Part shown: positions 39,001 to 50,727 of the stretch, one piece after another
How the letters are laid out: every line of letters starts with the position of its first letter
Position numbering within the stretch: position 1 is the first letter of the stretch
NCBI GenBank assembly: GCA_904063045.1
Contig: CAJFCJ010000018.1
Span: 248,001 to 312,000 of the forward strand
Length of the DNA: 64,000 nucleotides
Direction: 5' to 3'
Origin: Dimorphilus gyrociliatus
Lineage: Eukaryota > Animalia > Annelida
The notes under the pieces: generated by a model
What the model was told of the DNA's origin: nothing
Database searches by the model: none
What the model saw: only the letters and a program-made list of their open reading frames with translations
Program-made: the position numbers and the translations under genes

Positions 39001-39796
39001 GAAAATTTATCCTATTCTCATTTCCAAGTAAAACAAAGTTGCGTTGAAATAAGTAAAATTTAATTATATTCCATACATATAGCTATATGTCAATAAATTT
39101 CTGATATTTATATATACATATACATATTTGTCTATGTATACTCTGTGTCTATATTTATAACTTCACCCAATAGATCTTAAAGACGTACACGCGAACGTTC
39201 GAATTTCCATCGCCATCTGTACGCGGTTTTCGACCAATCACAGTAAGCTTATGTCTGATTTCCTGTTCCTTTGAAATATAATGTTTATCTATATGCTTAC
39301 AGAGCTAGAACCATGCTATAAATTTAAATATTTTCAGCCTATATGCTTTCGACGCCCGAAATGATAATGCGGCATGTTTAATTCCATGTGAAAGAGTTTT
39401 GGATTAGAATAGTAATAACACAACTTAGAGGTTTCAATCTTAAGAACTTCCTTCAGCCTTTGAATAAAATACTATGAAATGTTAGATTTTTTTGTGGAAA
39501 ATTGAGGGACTAGTGACAGCTTGAGGGACTTCTTATTAAATTCATAATAAGTAATAAATAATAGACAGAAATGAAATTATATCTTAAGTAATGAGCTTTT
39601 TCTCCGTTCTCGTCAACACATTTTCTATATGAATTAATTTTCGTTGCTTGTCAGATTATTGGTAACAAAACAAAACCATACAAATAAGTATTCCATTACA
39701 TATTTTGAATGCCATTAACACGATTTAAGTCATTTTCTTATTATTTGAGAGTTCAGAGAGCAAAAAAACTTTCTTAGACTCACTCTAAATCCGAGA

Positions 39797-41400
39797 ATGC
39801 AGAAGATTATTTTATTATTTTTCGTAGTTAATTATGTTTCTGGTCAACAATCGGCAATGATGAGCTGTTGTAAATGTAAATATATTTGTAATTGTGATAT
39901 GAACTTTCTATTCTTGCCATTGAAATTTTTTTAAAATGTAAACGAAACAGATTGCCGATCAGAACCAAACGATTGGATCACACTGTCTGGAACCTTTCAA
40001 CTGAGTGCAGAGAGGTTGACTTTTCATTTTCATTGTCAGGCTAAGTAATGACATAATTGTAATATAAAGTGAAAAGACGAAAATGAATAGCCCGCCAGCT
40101 TTTATGGTTGGAGACGAAGAGGAGGCTCTCTTCACGCAGAATGGCAAAGGTTCATCACAGCAAATTTTTTCAAGCTTCATTTATTTTAATTCTTTCCCTT
40201 CAGAATATTCTTTGATTTATTCTGGTGCACCGCTGAAATTAACTTCTGAAGATTTGTCGAATCCTGAAACCGTAAAAAAATCCCAATTCATGCAGTACGA
40301 TTTGGCTACTCCTAAAACAGTTGGAGGGTTACTAAGTCAAGGTGGCTTCTTTGAAGAGAAACTCAACGGTTTATTTCCAAGAAAGGAAACTTGGGTGACG
40401 GAATTTGCTGTATCGTATTCAAATGACTCGAAAACGTTTCATTTTTACACTGACAGCTCTGGACAACCGGAGGTATAATGATAAAACACGAAATTAAGTT
40501 AAGAATTAAAGTTGTATTTTTTCCTATTTATACTTGCAATTAGATTTTCAAAGGTGGAAAAAACTATGATGATAGCTCGATGGCATCATTCTCCCCATTT
40601 ATAAATGCTCGTTTTATTCGTTATCACCCTTTAAAGGCTCAGCAAGCTGCCGGAGCTGTCAAACAAGTAAATTCTAGAACGACAATCATCACTTGTTCTT
40701 TTGGTATTTACTTAATTGTATTTTTCTATTGGCAAACTACATTACTTATTGTTTACTATCTATATAGACAATTGCAGAACTCAACGTATAAATTGTTTAC
40801 TTTCGGAGTGGTCGCAATGGACAAGTTGTACTTGCAGTGGTACTTGCACGTGCGTAAATTAAATATAATATTTACCTAAAAGAAAAATAAGTTTTCAAAA
40901 TAAATTTATAAATGAAAAGACTTGTGGAAATAACTAACAGTAAAATTTATAATGTTTTATATTTATTTAGTCGCCAAAGAACAAGAATAACTCGAAGAGT
41001 TCAAGCTTGTGGTGGGTCAAGATGCGAAAGTCTCTTTGAAAAAGAAAGTTGCACTGCCGAAAGCCGTATGCGTTTTAAGTAAATTAATTGATTAAGATTT
41101 AACATCTTTTTTCTTACAACAGCTGCTTGGCAATCAGGAGTTTTGTATGGAGGTATTGCTGTTGGAAGTTTAATTGTAATATGTGTCGTTGCATTTATAA
41201 TCTATAAAAAGAAGCATCAGGATAGAGTTGAAGTTATCGTAGTTCGGGAAAATGCGCCAGCTCCAAGACCCAGACTTCCGGTTCCCCGAATGGCAGGTCC
41301 AAGGCCTGGAATGGCACCCATGGCTCCTATGTTACCAAGGGGACAAGCCCCATTTGCAAGACCTCGAGGACCTATGCCGCCCGGCACAGGTCCTTCATAA
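39797..41400 (+). CDS. Single-pass membrane protein: signal peptide, F5/8 type C (discoidin) domain, TSP1 repeat, TM, Pro/Arg/Met-rich tail
   Basis: Exons: 39797-39875, 39951-40014, 40070-40149, 40204-40472, 40544-40703, 40768-40849, 40971-41065, 41123-41400 (the 5' exons are less certain). Signal MQKIILLFFVVNYVSG. Discoidin motifs QFMQYDL...GLLSQGG...WVTEFAVSYSND...ARFIRYHP. TSP1 CLLSEWSQWTSC...RQRTRI...CGGSRC. TM GIAVGSLIVICVVAFIIY followed by KKK. Confidence 0.82.
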
Positions 41401-42380
41401 TTTTTTCATGTCACCCCTACTTAACCCAAGTTTATGTCACTCAGCACCCTTTCTATTCAAAATAAACTGATGGAAAGATTTACTATAAAAATTTTATGTT
41501 ACTTAATTTTACGTATTATTACATAATTTAGCTTGCGAGTAAACTTAGAATTGAGCCTTCAATTAATATATTAATTTGTAATTTAACCAATTTCACTAGG
41601 TATTTACTTACTAAATAAATTCACTAAAGTCTGTAATGATACAATGAAACTATTATTATATATAAACAGTATTCCTAATTATTTAAACATTACAACAAAT
41701 TGAAATTCATTTAAACTAAAAAAATTTCTTGAACAACGAAGTTATTTACGATAGTAAATCAGATAAAAAGAGGTCTGGTTTTCACCATTAACGAACAAAG
41801 TCAGGATGATTACTTTAGTTTAATATTATTATTTTCCCTAGAATGCACTTCGTCTTGTTTCAGAGTATTCTTAAAAATATATCCGTTTTAATATTAGAAT
41901 TGTGTAAAGTATTAAATCGCTTTATTAGAGAAATGTTCCGCTAAAATTATTTAACATTTGACTGGCTCTAAGTATAAAGCAGATATTTAATATCCTGAGA
42001 AAGAAAACTACGAATGAGAAATCACGCGAGGTAGAATACGTCAAATTCTGTTATAACGAGCCTAGATTTTTTCCAAATTACTTTCTCCCTCTTTTACCCG
42101 CATTTCTGGAATGATTTTAATGACTTGCAAAGAAGAGAAATAGCAGAAAAGTCCTAATCAAAGAGTAGGAAAATGAACTTCGTTATCTGATTTAATTAGA
42201 AAAATTTAGAACTGCGACAATAATATCTAAATAAACTTAACAGTGCCAATACTGTTTCTAAGGATTTGAAGTGATTATCAAAATAATTAGCTTGGCGATT
42301 TGAAAATGGAAGATTTCGTTACTTGACAAAGTATGTTAGATTCTTGTAAGACTGTCGGTAATAATTTCCGCTGAATCATT

Positions 42381-42413
42381 TCTCTCTTTCTCTCTCTCTC
42401 TCTCATTCTCTCT
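42381..42413. repeat. (CT)n imperfect microsatellite
   Basis: tctctctttctctctctctctctcattctctct. Confidence 0.85.
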
Positions 42414-44228
42414 ATTCAATATGTTAACATATCAGTTTTCAAAAGATATTTAGCAAAAGTTTATTTATATTTACAGCTTTACTCCAATTCTATGTACTGG
42501 AATACCACTAAAGTAAAATCGCATTTCAATGAAACGACAAGTTTAATTTGCAAATATTAAGTTTAATTGCCTATGTGTATATTTATCGTTTTCTAGCTAA
42601 CGAAAATTTATACTACGTTAAGTAATGTAAGTACAGTGGCGAACTAGCAATGTATCTTTTTATTTAATTCACTCTCAAGCCTAAACTGTAAATAAATGAA
42701 TTGATATTAGCTTCAATGTTATTATCTGACTTCATTCATCGTGATCTTTTAGAGTTGAATGGGTGATTTTATGCTCTTATAAATCTAGCTTTCCATCGAC
42801 TTCCTTCTAGGTTTTCAGCTTGAAAGTGATTCTTCTTCTTCTAGAGAAGGTTAAAGGTTCAATCGTAATTACCTTCCATCAGCAAGTTGCAAATATTTAG
42901 TAGAGGAATTGCACTTTAAAATATACGTTGCACCTGCTTTCAGTTTTATTCTTGAAGATAGGAAAGCGAGATCTTAACATTTTCGTATCTAACTCAGACT
43001 AGCTTGTTGTTTTCACCAGGTTCAAAAATGTTAGCTTTCTATCAAACTCTATAAGTAGCTTATTTACAATTTTCTATAGTCTAAAAATAAAGTTAATAAA
43101 ATGCTCTGCATCGTATTTGCCTCTAATCAGAGCCTCTTAGCTTTATAGTTTCTCTTTTCACCGAAAGATGTCACTATGTTATGACTTACTGAAATAGGTT
43201 TATGTAAGGTTTTCTGCTAGAAATATAGAAATACATACAGCCTGAGCATTCTGTATTATGAAATTATATAATATAGACCAAACGCAGAGATTCATATCAT
43301 TTAATCTTTTTCAAGCTTATATTTGCATTCTCATGAATACTCTTGAGACTACCTTAATTTTGGGATTATAATCGAGAAGCAGTAAACTACTGGGTATATC
43401 TATATTGCATATGAGATCGATAAATCAAATTTAAGCAGAATCAGTTTATGGATATTAAATGATTACCTATTACTATTAAAATTAGAAAAAGCGAAGAATT
43501 ATTCGAGAAAGCTACATTATATTGTATGTAATTGCTATATTAAGGTAATGAATCTAGTCCTTAAATTTGTGCCACTATTAGCTACATCTAACAAGACAAA
43601 TAATTTAAAAAGATAAGCTGCATGTAAAGAAGCATAGTTGTAGATAAAATCTGATATAAGAATAAATAATAATGAACCGGAATTTTCTTCTAGACTGTCT
43701 CTTCCAGCTTTTCTCTCGTTACGTTCATTTGAGAAAACACGATTCAAATAGACGAGCATCAATAGACACTATTTCTATGCCGTATTCGAATAAAAAATAG
43801 CATAAAATTTCTTTATTGAGAAAGATATGTTTGTCTTAAAAGAAAATTTATGTTCTAATATTTCTTTTATATTTAAAAGCGTATATCAAGCATATAAAAC
43901 CAACTCTGGCGATTTTTTCTTTAAAAAGACAGTATCACTGATATTTTCTTCGAAGATTAACAAGCACTCCACTTTAATATAGGTCTCACTAAAACCATCT
44001 TGCAACAGACTTATTTAACAATAGCATGATCACAACAGAACACAGGAGTTGAATGATACAACCCACATAAACTTAACAAGACAGACAATGCAATTGCAAA
44101 GGCTTCAACTTACATCCGATTTACGAAACTGATGTTTTACATTGAGCTTATCATAATTTCCCATTATAATCGTCATTAGCGATATCATAGAATGAAGATA
44201 AACAATTTTCAATCAATCTTTCGTGTAG

Positions 44229-45324
44229 TTACAAACTGTTTTCACATCGAGGGTAAGCGACTATATCCCAATCCTCTTCAGGACTTTGATGTTCTCCATC
44301 GTCCTGAAGGTTGATGGTGCGATTCACAGCTGGGACATCGGTTACTATTAAAACTGGCTCCCTCAAGTCTTCGTCAGTATAAGATTTGGCATCAAAACTT
44401 TTGTGAGATTGAAGTGTCGTCGCAGTATCTGGAAAGAGAAATATGCTAATAGCTATTCTTCAAATGTAACAATTACCCCTACCTGGAGATTTGTTCTTCC
44501 TACTTCGGTGATAATTTATTATGCACAAGCTTATTCCAAAGATACAAATTAATAAAGTTATGCAGCTTATTACAATAATCACTATATCTCTATCTCTATT
44601 TGTCGTTGGACATTCTTTTCCTTTTTATGATTGTTAAATTTTTACTCAACCTTTAAATACGATAGACTTACCTTTTATCACAGATTTGGCTGTTTTGTTA
44701 ATGGCACTATGAATTAGTTGTTTATTCTCACTTCCATTAAAAAAATTATTAGTATTTCTGGGACGTTGCTTTTTATCTCTGTACAAAATCCAGGAGCAGT
44801 TCCGGTTTCCATCAACTACAGTGTAAATTGTGTTCCTACTGTTATGGTTAACAACTGTACACTTTAGAGTTGCTTTTGAACCATCTGTGCACAGAACATT
44901 ACACGTCTCTGCAACTTCAGCTGAGCATATTTCCCCTAAGGACGTTTTAACTGCTGGACACACTTTAAAAATCAGTTAAATTTATCTAATTAGTAACTGA
45001 TAACCCTAAAGATATGCAAATAGAACCTGGTAAAAAAGAGTGATTTTTTTTGCATCTATAAATGCCTAAATTGCAGTCATCCCCACCATTTCTATTCGCG
45101 TCGTCATTACAGATTTTACAGTGCAAGCATTTATTGTCGCTCTGGCTATAGTAACTCCTGTTTAAAACAAATGTCATATTTATAGCTCAATTATCATTTT
45201 AGGTAAAATAGCTATAATAATCTTACAGTTCTGTCCTACTACATTCTTTCTGAGTGATAATATCATTTAAACCATAATTTAATAGGCATACACCAACAAT
45301 AATCCTTTTGAGGCAAACTGTCAT
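44229..45324 (-). CDS. TNF-receptor-like type I membrane protein (one CRD-like module, a sushi-like Cys module, TM, TRAF-type motif), about 285 aa
   Basis: Exons 45324-45227, 45157-45027, 44962-44672, 44620-44483, 44428-44229, all frame-consistent with GT-AG. Cys spacing C-x6-Y-x7-C-x2-C-x2-C-x11-C-x6-C is a near match to the TNFR CRD pattern. TM IVIIVISCITLLICIFGISLCII followed by RSRK. The tail contains SPEEDWD. Confidence 0.72.
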
Positions 45325-46544
45325 TTTCCTTAAATCTTCTATGGATCGGCTACTTCCATAGTATATCGTAATTTGTGGTTTGAAAATTAAGATCCTAATT
45401 ATTCTCAAAAATAGCAATTAGGACGACAGCTTTCTGTATCAGGGATAATAATAAAGCTCGAATGATTCGTGGTATTACATGAACTGGTAAGTCAATAAAC
45501 CGGAAGTTTCACAGCTGCGCCTTCTATGTGTTATACCATTTAGATACAGAAAAATAGAGTACACGCCATCTAGTCTGCAACAAACAATCTAACGATTATA
45601 TTGATTGAATTGGTTCAATACCAATGATATTTTTTTAAAACTATTATCTGAATATCCTTCACCTTTATAGACTGTAATATTGATTTGTCACTAAAGAAGC
45701 TCGAATATCCAATTATAACTTCATAAAAAATGTATTGATTACTTTAATCAGCTAAATATGGTAAGAAGCTCTAAAATAGTCAAGCACAGATAATAATAAA
45801 TTAACTTTTAATTAGTCAGATTCTCTGGAAAATACTAAGCTGTTAGAAACGAAAGTGCACTTTGTGTTAAGCGTTAGTATAACTGAATTATAGGGAAAAT
45901 GTCGTATTATATACTATTGACAAAGAAAAAGCTACATAGTAGAAACAATGTACATCTTATTGCAATGTTGAATTAAATTAAATAGATTATCCTCAAACAT
46001 TTCTTTAGATACTCACTTAAATTTATATTAGCTTGGCAGGTCTGTTTATTTTTTCAAGCTCAACACTGTTCATAAACAAAGTCGATTGAAATTTTGGATT
46101 TTAGAATCTAATTGCATGGTAATCTCGCCAATAACTATATAGAAAAATCTTCTTTTTAACATTACCAACACATAAAGTGTTTATGACACTTCCAGCGTAA
46201 AATATTTATCTCTAATCTTAATCTCCCTGGCTGACCTCTGTATAATTTATTGAGGTAAAATAAGGATTTATCCTAATCAACATTTATAAATTACCATATT
46301 TTCGAAATTAATTTTAAACAATCTAGAATTTTTGTTATAAATTCTTCGATGGAGAGACAAAGAAATAAATTATAGCTATGTATGGCAGTACTGACAATAA
46401 AATCTTTATAAGACGCATAAAACATTAAATATTTTAGAGTTTTATCACAATTATAAAAGAAAGTCGTGCCCATAATAGTATTTTATTAGGGCAAGGCATC
46501 AGAAAAAAGTGGTAAATTCACTGCCTCAATAGCTCTGCAAAAAA

Positions 46545-47457
46545 TTAGTTCTTATCTTTCTTGTCCAAATATGCCTTATATTCCCTACATGATTTTTGCA
46601 TTATAGTCAAAAATTCTGGAACTCCTTTCTGTAATTAATAAATAAAATTATTTTAAAAAGCATGTAATTGTACAGTTTACTTGCCTTTGCTGCCCAGTTG
46701 ATAAGCCAAGAAGGTAGAGAGCCGCCAGGGTTGTCATAATACTTCATGAAAGCTGCAACAATAACTTTCAGTACTATATGCCATATATTATGAGAATATA
46801 AATACCTTTTGTTCCTCCTGACTCGTCAGAAGTCAGCACAGCTTGTTGCTCATATTCCTTCACCCTGACAACACCATCTTTTTCAGGATAGTTTTCAAAC
46901 ACTTCTGCTTTCGCAATAACCACCCAATATTTTTTGTCTAATTGCACAATTTCTTGAAGCTCCCTAATGAACGTGTACTGTATTGAATAAATGGTATAGT
47001 TAGATAAGAATATCTTCAATATCTCTGTACTTGCATCTCTATTACTCATCGGCCAAGGAAACTTAATTCTCCAATACAAGCCATGTTTCGATCCGTCATT
47101 GATCGGCTTTAACTCTAAATATATTTAAATATAATACAAAATATATAATTATGTATACAACCTTCCACATAAGTATCCCAATACTTTCTATATTCTATAT
47201 CCATGTAAACTGCAGCACAAACTTCCGGTTGCACATCTAGGTTTCCATATATTTTATATTCATATAAACCAGATTCCTTTTTCGAAAAAAATATTGAAAA
47301 TATGAAAGTAGTAAACATTTATTTTACTTCCTACCCGTATATATCTCCGAAATATCTTCACACCTAAGGAGTCAGTAAATAATTCATATTCGTTTATTAC
47401 GGGATTTTCCAATTCTAAACATGTTTTCTCAAACAAGCTTTCGGGGAATAGAGACAT
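46545..47457 (-). CDS. PCTP: Phosphatidylcholine transfer protein (START domain, StARD2)
   Basis: Exons: 47457-47335, 47276-47162, 47114-47035, 46977-46806, 46752-46685, 46628-46545. Motifs SGLYEYKIYG, YMDIEYRKYWD.YV, YWRIKFPWPMSNRDY, YYDNPGGSLPSWLINWAAK-KGVPEFL. Two of the introns require GC donors. Confidence 0.93.
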
Positions 47458-49061
47458 AACTACCCTTAATTATTTTTATAATAACTTGAGATTTTATTTT
47501 CCTGAGGGTTTTTGTTTACAAAGTGAGTAGTCGAGGATATACTTTTCTTTCGAAACTTACTCCAATATTGTTACGTTGTCCAAAGTAGCGTCATCTGGCG
47601 TACAATATTTACTTGAACGTTAATGAAATCTTTCTTCCTACCGGTGAATGAGGAATTGAGTGTATTGATTAGGCAAATGCTACATTCATAAAAGGTTTAT
47701 TAAGGTAATAAATCGGCCTGTAATTGACATATACAATATATATGTATATTTAAATCGACTGATGAATATAAAGAATATTTTAGCTATATTGAAAATATTT
47801 ATTCAAAATTTTACAGCTTTAGAAAGAAAGTCTTAATATAACTTAGTAAATAAAAATTTACACCCAAACAGCTGGAATATATTTGAACTTCATCGAAGCG
47901 CATAAACTCGTTTACACACAACTGATCCTCTTTCACTTATCTTAGTCTTCAGATCATCCTGTCGTTTCCTTATCAGGTATAATGCACTTTTTATTATGGT
48001 TGTAAAACCATTTTCTTAAACTGTCCCTTGACGCTATCTTCAGGTTTTAATGTCTTCATTTGATCTCGCGAATTACACGTACAGGATGTTTGTCGTTAAA
48101 AAATAAACAGAAATGAAAATTATTCAGAAAGTATTTCAACTTATTGATCACTGTATTTCGACCTTTCATATTGATTAAATATTTACAAGATTTATATATG
48201 ATATGATTTCTATCTTTAATTTCTAGTTTTTCTTTATTATGTAATAAAAATTTTCTTAATCTTGAAATCTACTCATTTCCTATTGTTATAATAGTATACG
48301 CTCTAACACTTTCATCAGCGTAGATACATCTTTATCAGAGTAAACGCAGGGAATAGCTATATGTGGGAGGAGCTAAACAACTGGTTGCAACCAATCACCA
48401 TAAATATTTAAGAACGAGTGTTGCCAAAATGTACCAAGTATAACTTTAAACTAAAGATCACGCTAGAATGAACTATTCCTTTCGGCATGATCATAAGTTG
48501 GCACACAATACTCAATGGTGCATTTTACTGCCTTTATGACGTCATTACAAGCTAGCCCATTCCGATCGATTGTTGCTTATTACCCGCATTATGCCCTAAA
48601 CATTGATATGCCATATTTTAAGGTTTTTACCCCAACATAAGCCTCGCACCAAGATTCCATTTAAAAGACAAAGTCAAATAGTATATCCGCAAATATCCAT
48701 AGCGTGTCATGAAAAGGGCAGGTGGAGGGGGAGGGGAGATTGAGAGAGATAAAATGATAGATTAAGTGTCTGAACGAGTGCGCGTTATTGTGTCGTATAT
48801 ACAGTGGATTATAATAGCTGCAACGCCGGATTTCATAAGCATAAAATAAATTTTAGCAATCATACGTTATCATGCGAAATCTTTGAAGTTTCGGCGAGTA
48901 CAAAATATATTATTCCCATAATGCTCTGTAACAATTTAGATCGATAGGCCTGAATGCCCATGCTGCAGCCTATACAATACGATTATAAATATTGTGTTTA
49001 TTGAGGCCATTATTGAGGCCAATATTTCCACCCAAGTTACAAGTGTAAAATATTTTAGAAG

Positions 49062-50727
49062 ATGCGATTACCAATTCTATGTTTTTTGCTGTTATTCTAC
49101 GCGAAGTTCAAAACAGTCAACTGTAGTTTATCTAAATTTGAAGAATTACTGATTAGCAGAGAGTTTGAGAATTTGATCAAAGAAAATGGCCACACTAGAA
49201 CTAATAACCCCTGTCTAAATATAGCAGCTTTTAATATACAAGTTTTTGGTAAGAGCAAAATGAGAAAAAAAATATCTTCCTCTATATATGTTCGGGAAAT
49301 ACTCGTTAAGGTAAGCTATAAATTCAGTTCTTGATCAATTATATTTTTAAAATATCTCTATTAAATTTTCTTTAGATATTATCTAAATATGATCTTATAT
49401 TTGTACAAGAAATACGTGATTCTTCTATGAAATCGTTTCCTAGGCTAATTGCTCTCCTCAACCAATACTCGTAATTACAGCCTTTTGTACATCTCAAAAA
49501 ACACATTGTATATATCAGAATTTAAAAAAAAGTAAGCCACAATTGATAGATAATCATCGTCAGAGATGCTCATCGAGTCTACACAAATCTACTGTTTGTA
49601 AAATTAGGAGTCATTTGATGCCGTAAATTTGATGCTATTATTAACCGAGTTTTTTGTAATTACCTTGCTTAAAGTTAATTTTCATTCAATGTTTCAGAAA
49701 TGATTTTTACCAATACGTTATAAGCAAACGCTTGGGTCGATCCCGCAGCAAGGAACAGTATGCCTACGTATATAAAACCTCAAAACTCAAAGTCTTAAAG
49801 ACATACCAATACAAAAATTTCCGCCAATTTGAAAGGCCACCATTTGCAGCTTTATTTTCAACTAATCACTGTAGTAAGTAAAAAAAGTTATTTTATAATT
49901 TTTTTATTCACTTGAAGCGGTTAAAATTCCTTAAATTTCCTATAAAATGTTAAAAGCAATTATTTAACTTATTCGCCATCTTTTACCTTGCTTTTTATCC
50001 CTTTTATCGGATCTCATTATGTCGATAATAATCTGCAAATAAGTGCTATAATTGTACCAGGCCAAAGTAATTACTCATAAATGAGTATTTTATGGGCTTT
50101 TATTTATGCAGATTTGTCGTTCGTTAACGAGAAAAATATAAATACTAGAATAAATAAAAACACAACCTTTTTACTTTAGGGTTAGATATGATAGTTATCA
50201 TGAGCTAATTGCTTGCATTCGTTCAACACCAAAAAAATATTATGTAACTTAAAACACCTTAGTGACGGATAATTTTCGTTAATACTATGTCTAAAATACT
50301 TTTCATCACAGAACTGAAAAAATTTTTTATGATGGGAGTACATACAAAACCAAAGATGGCAGAATTAGAAATAACACATTTAGTTCAAGTATATGATACC
50401 ATCAATGAATTATGGGGATGCGAAGACGCTATAATAGCTGGAGATTTTAATGCAGATTGTAGTTATGTAACTAATGAGGAATACAAGGAAATGAGACTAA
50501 TAAAAGACAAGAGATTCAAATGGCTTGTTAATAAGGAAGAGGATACGACTGTTTCCGATAGTAATTGTGCTTACGATCGATTTGTGATAGTTGGAAAGAG
50601 TATCAAGAAAGATTTGGAGCCAAGTTCTGTTGGTATTTTTAATTTCGAAAAGGAATATAATCTCAATAGAAAACAAGCTCTTCTCGTCAGCGATCATTAT
50701 CCCATACATTTACAAGTAGAGAAATGA
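49062..50727 (+). CDS. Deoxyribonuclease I family secreted endonuclease
   Basis: Exons: 49062-49310, 49376-49470, 49698-49873, 50312-50727. Signal peptide MRLPILCFLLLFYA. Motifs IAAFNIQVFG, VQEIRD, LGRSRSKEQYAY, FERPPF, GVHTKP, GDFNADCSY, CAYDRF, SDHYP; all the DNase I catalytic positions are present. Confidence 0.94.

Noticed and set aside
41500-44200. Scattered minus-strand splice-like signals and hydrophobic frames, including ORF 43535-43762
   Set aside because: I could not assemble a frame-consistent model or recognise a family. A divergent gene cannot be excluded without RNA data.
46291-46473. 60-aa ORF MGTTFFYN... just downstream of PCTP
   Set aside because: It begins about 70 nt after the PCTP stop (likely 3'UTR), splicing at its only donor gives a stop, and it has no motifs.
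4970-48945. Recurrent GATCGAT/ATCGATC words (for example 4970-4983 palindrome, 8331, 9148, 11134, 34252, 43415, 48564, 48939) as a DRE-like promoter element
   Set aside because: A rough expectation at about 30% GC is 6-7 per 64 kb on both strands, close to the roughly 9 seen, so there is no clear enrichment.
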